From Candidatus Poribacteria bacterium (GTDB lineage Bacteria; Poribacteria; WGA-4E; UBA9662), in the NCBI GenBank assembly GCA_036339735.1, contig JAYZAL010000001.1, positions 1-64,000 on the forward strand: a stretch of DNA of 64,000 nt. Reading direction: 5' to 3'. A program made the translations under genes and the position numbers. This document shows positions 60,863-64,000 of the stretch, one piece after another. The notes under the pieces were generated by a model. It was not told where the DNA came from. It saw only the letters and a list, made by a program, of their open reading frames with translations, and did no database searches. Each line of letters starts with the position of its first letter. The first letter of the stretch is position 1.

Positions 60863-62170
60863 ATGACTATTCCTGATAATACTGATGATCGGGCTTTTAC
60901 ATTAGGGGTACTAAACGGTGCTTTATGGTCGGTAGTGACTGCAGCTATTCACCCTGAACTAGTGTTAACTGCCTTTCTCTTACGACTCAATAATTCAGTT
61001 ATTATGGCGACATTACCTGCGGCCATAATGCGGCTAGGAATGATGGTTTCTAATATCCTGATTGCTAATGTGGCCGAAACTTGGAAGCGTAAGAAGCCTT
61101 TTTACATTGGCGGTGGTGTTTTTCGAGTGATTATGCTTAGCCTGATGGCTTTGGCCGCAAAAACAATGGGCTCAACTCAACCATTCCTACTAGCTTGGTT
61201 ATTCCTAATTCTTCTGGGTTTATATTCAGCAGCCATTGGATCTAGTAGTATTGGCTTTAACGAAATAATAGCCAAGACTATATCTATTAGACGACGTGGC
61301 CAATTAATGGGTTTGCGAGGATTTTTCGGAGGAATTGTTGGCATTGGTAGTGGATTTTACGTGCGCCAAATCCTGAGTGAAAGTGGACCAGATTTTCCAA
61401 ACAACTATGCACTTCTTTTTGCTACGGCTTCCTTCTTTCTGGGGTGCTGTCTAGTGTGTTTTGGATTTGTTTATGAGCCTGCAGGGCACGCTCATTCTTC
61501 ACGCACACCTTTGTTTAAGCATATTGCCCAAGGTATTAGTATTTTCAGGGAGAATGCCAACTTTCGTTTACTATTCGTAGCTAGTTGTGTCTGCTCCGCC
61601 ACCATAGTTGGTCCTGTAGTTTATGTTCCTTATGCCATTAAAATCCTTCTTATTCCTACCAGTTTCATTGGTTATTTACTTGTATTATCTGCAGCTGTAA
61701 CGCTACCTCTTAACTTTCTCTGGAGCTATATCGGTGATCGACATGGTAATCGCCTATTGGCGATCACCTCTATCAGTATGTTTCTACTATCACCAATCCT
61801 AGTATTATTTTCGCTATATTTTGTCAAACAAGTTGGTATAGGATGGGAAACACCTATCGGTTACGTTACACCAGCCTTGATTTGCCTAATCTTGGCACAA
61901 GCCATTTTTACCACGAGTAGTGGTGGATTTATGATTAGCCGTATGAATTACCTACTAGAAATTGCCCCCGAAGAATATAGACCTTCCTACATTGCTTTCA
62001 TGAACGTTATGTTGGCCCCCACCGCATTTTTCCCGATTCTGGGTGGGCTTATTGTCGAGAACTTCTCATTCCAAGCCAGTTTCTGCATGTCTTTTCTGCT
62101 AGGCTTATTCAGTTTGTATTACGCTTATAAACTGGGTGAACCTCGTCAAAAGAACCTAGCTGAAAGTTGA
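60863..62170 (+). CDS. MFS transporter
   Basis: About 12 TM helices; RRRGQLMG and [11 protein letters not shown] loop motifs. Confidence 0.88.
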   Translation: MTIPDNTDDRAFTLGVLNGALWSVVTAAIHPELVLTAFLLRLNNSVIMATLPAAIMRLGMMVSNILIANVAETWKRKKPFYIGGGVFRVIMLSLMALAAKTMGSTQPFLLAWLFLILLGLYSAAIGSSSIGFNEIIAKTISIRRRGQLMGLRGFFGGIVGIGSGFYVRQILSESGPDFPNNYALLFATASFFLGCCLVCFGFVYEPAGHAHSSRTPLFKHIAQGISIFRENANFRLLFVASCVCSATIVGPVVYVPYAIKILLIPTSFIGYLLVLSAAVTLPLNFLWSYIGDRHGNRLLAITSISMFLLSPILVLFSLYFVKQVGIGWETPIGYVTPALICLILAQAIFTTSSGGFMISRMNYLLEIAPEEYRPSYIAFMNVMLAPTAFFPILGGLIVENFSFQASFCMSFLLGLFSLYYAYKLGEPRQKNLAES

Positions 62171-62262
62171 ATCAATTCCTATTATCGGTTAAGATGTTAA
62201 AGTTTCAGGGAGGCAACGACTCAAACCAGTTTGGCCTCAAACTTATAACCAAAGGATCCACA

Positions 62263-63951
62263 ATGACGATTAAGAAACAGTTAAACGTCTTTAGCTCACG
62301 TATTACTCAAACTCGATCACAAGGGGCTAGTCAAGCCATGTTGTATGCTACTGGATTGACGCGTCAAGACATGAATAAGCCTCAAATTGGTATTGCCAGT
62401 AACTGGTATGAGGGAAACTCGTGTAACATGCACCTCAACGATTTAGCAATGAAGGTAAAAGAAGGGGTAGAGAATGCGGGGTTAGTCAGCATGAGGTTTA
62501 ATACCATTGGTGTTAGCGACGGTATTTCTATGGGAACTGAGGGTATGAGTTATTCACTTCAGTCTAGAGACTTGATCGCTGATTCGATTGAGACGGTTAT
62601 GGCTGCACAATGGTATGATGCTAATATCTCAATCCCTGGTTGCGATAAGAACATGCCTGGTTGTATGATGGCGATAGGTCGTCTCAATCGCCCAGCCCTG
62701 ATTATCTATGGTGGAACCATTAAACCTGGTTGTAGCATCAATAATGAATCACTCGATATTGTTTCGGCTTTCCAAAGTTATGGCCAATATATTGCCGGTA
62801 CAATTGATGATGATGAACGACAATCAATCGTCGAAAAATCATGTCCCGGGGCTGGCGCATGTGGGGGAATGTATACAGCTAACACAATGGCTTCAGCCAT
62901 TGAAGCTATGGGAATGAGTCTACCTTACAGTTCCTCGATCCCAGCGGAAGATCCGAAAAAGCGCGAGGAATGTATTAAAGCTGGAGCAGCAATTTATCAC
63001 TTGCTAGAACAGGGTATTAAGCCTCGTGATATCATGACTCGACAAGCTTTTGAAAATGCTATGGTTTTAATCATGGCTCTTGGTGGGTCAACTAATGCTG
63101 TTTTACACCTGATTGCAGTTGCTCGATCAGTGGACGTTAATCTTACCATTGATGATTTTCAATCTGTTAGTGACCGAATTCCATTTATCGCAGACCTGAA
63201 GCCTAGCGGAAATTATGTCATGGAAGACTTACATCAAGTAGGTGGTACACCTGCCGTATTGAAATATCTGTGGGAAAATAACTTGATAGATGGTAGTTGC
63301 CTAACCGTGACAGGAAAAACTGTAGCCGAAAATTTAGATGGGTTACCAGGCCTAGAGTCGGGTCAGAAGGTAATATTACCATTGAATAGACCAATCAAAG
63401 AAAGTGGTCATATACAAATCTTGAGAGGTAATTTAGCACCAGAAGGTGCAGTAGCCAAAATTACTGGAAAAGAAGGTTTAGTATTTAAAGGTACAGCCAA
63501 AGTTTACGATTCAGAGGAAGAGATGCTATCGGCTTTAGAAAGAAATGAAATTACCAAAGGTTCAGTGGTCGTAATCCGTTACGAGGGACCAAAAGGTGGG
63601 CCTGGCATGCCAGAGATGTTAACACCAACCTCTGCAATTATGGGAGCAGGTTTAGGTCAAGATGTGGCTTTGATGACTGATGGTCGTTTCTCTGGTGGCT
63701 CACATGGATTTATCATTGGTCATGTAACACCAGAAGCACAAAGTGGTGGCCCAATTGCTCTAGTCGAAGAAGAAGATCAAATTACCATTGATGCAAAAAT
63801 GAGAGAAATCACCTTGCATATTAGCAATGAGGAGATGGAATATCGTCGACAAAAATGGATACAGCCAAATTATAAAGCGGAAAGAGGGACTCTCTATAAA
63901 TACATAAAAAGCGTTAAATCAGCTTCCGAAGGCTGCGTAACAGATGAGTAA
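62263..63951 (+). CDS. ilvD: Dihydroxy-acid dehydratase (start at ATG 62263)
   Basis: [62 protein letters not shown]. Confidence 0.96.
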   Translation: MTIKKQLNVFSSRITQTRSQGASQAMLYATGLTRQDMNKPQIGIASNWYEGNSCNMHLNDLAMKVKEGVENAGLVSMRFNTIGVSDGISMGTEGMSYSLQSRDLIADSIETVMAAQWYDANISIPGCDKNMPGCMMAIGRLNRPALIIYGGTIKPGCSINNESLDIVSAFQSYGQYIAGTIDDDERQSIVEKSCPGAGACGGMYTANTMASAIEAMGMSLPYSSSIPAEDPKKREECIKAGAAIYHLLEQGIKPRDIMTRQAFENAMVLIMALGGSTNAVLHLIAVARSVDVNLTIDDFQSVSDRIPFIADLKPSGNYVMEDLHQVGGTPAVLKYLWENNLIDGSCLTVTGKTVAENLDGLPGLESGQKVILPLNRPIKESGHIQILRGNLAPEGAVAKITGKEGLVFKGTAKVYDSEEEMLSALERNEITKGSVVVIRYEGPKGGPGMPEMLTPTSAIMGAGLGQDVALMTDGRFSGGSHGFIIGHVTPEAQSGGPIALVEEEDQITIDAKMREITLHISNEEMEYRRQKWIQPNYKAERGTLYKYIKSVKSASEGCVTDE

Positions 63952-64000
63952 GGTGTGTGTCTTTCTTACTGACGTTATTTTGTTAACTTCAGAATAATGT

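Noticed and set aside
840-62917. Numerous 60-160-aa ORFs antisense or out of frame within larger genes, and the extended starts at 15150, 29365, 42220 and 62167
   Set aside because: Shadow ORFs without motifs overlapping confident genes; the extended starts conflict with neighbouring genes, promoters or RBS positions.

Overview
64 kb of AT-rich (roughly 40% GC by eye) bacterial chromosome with about 45 protein-coding genes. I found no rRNA, intact tRNA, CRISPR array, integrase or transposase. Gene content includes sulfatases, DUF1080, Gfo/Idh/MocA, a DUF6785-type membrane protein, a giant FlgD-Ig-tailed secreted protein and flagellin. This suggests a heterotrophic, carbohydrate-degrading, flagellated organism, possibly planktonic Candidatus Poribacteria (inference only). 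Housekeeping blocks are degP-hisS, gltB-gltD followed by citrate synthase-icd-mdh, rpsT, tsaD-tsaC and ilvD. Transport genes include phnC/phnE, a sugar ABC system, a putative selenate-type ABC system, an ABC exporter and an MFS. Top finding: 4704..6212 fuses a complete voltage-sensing domain (S1-S4, eight Arg at every third position in S4, no pore loop) to a class III adenylate cyclase with all catalytic residues, making it a candidate membrane-potential-gated cAMP synthase. It ends a sulfatase operon that is divergent from a flagellin gene missed by the ORF track and preceded by two tandem sigma-28-type promoters. Also notable are a very divergent but motif-complete citrate synthase and a roughly 2,280-aa Ig-repeat protein with a ZU5-like module.
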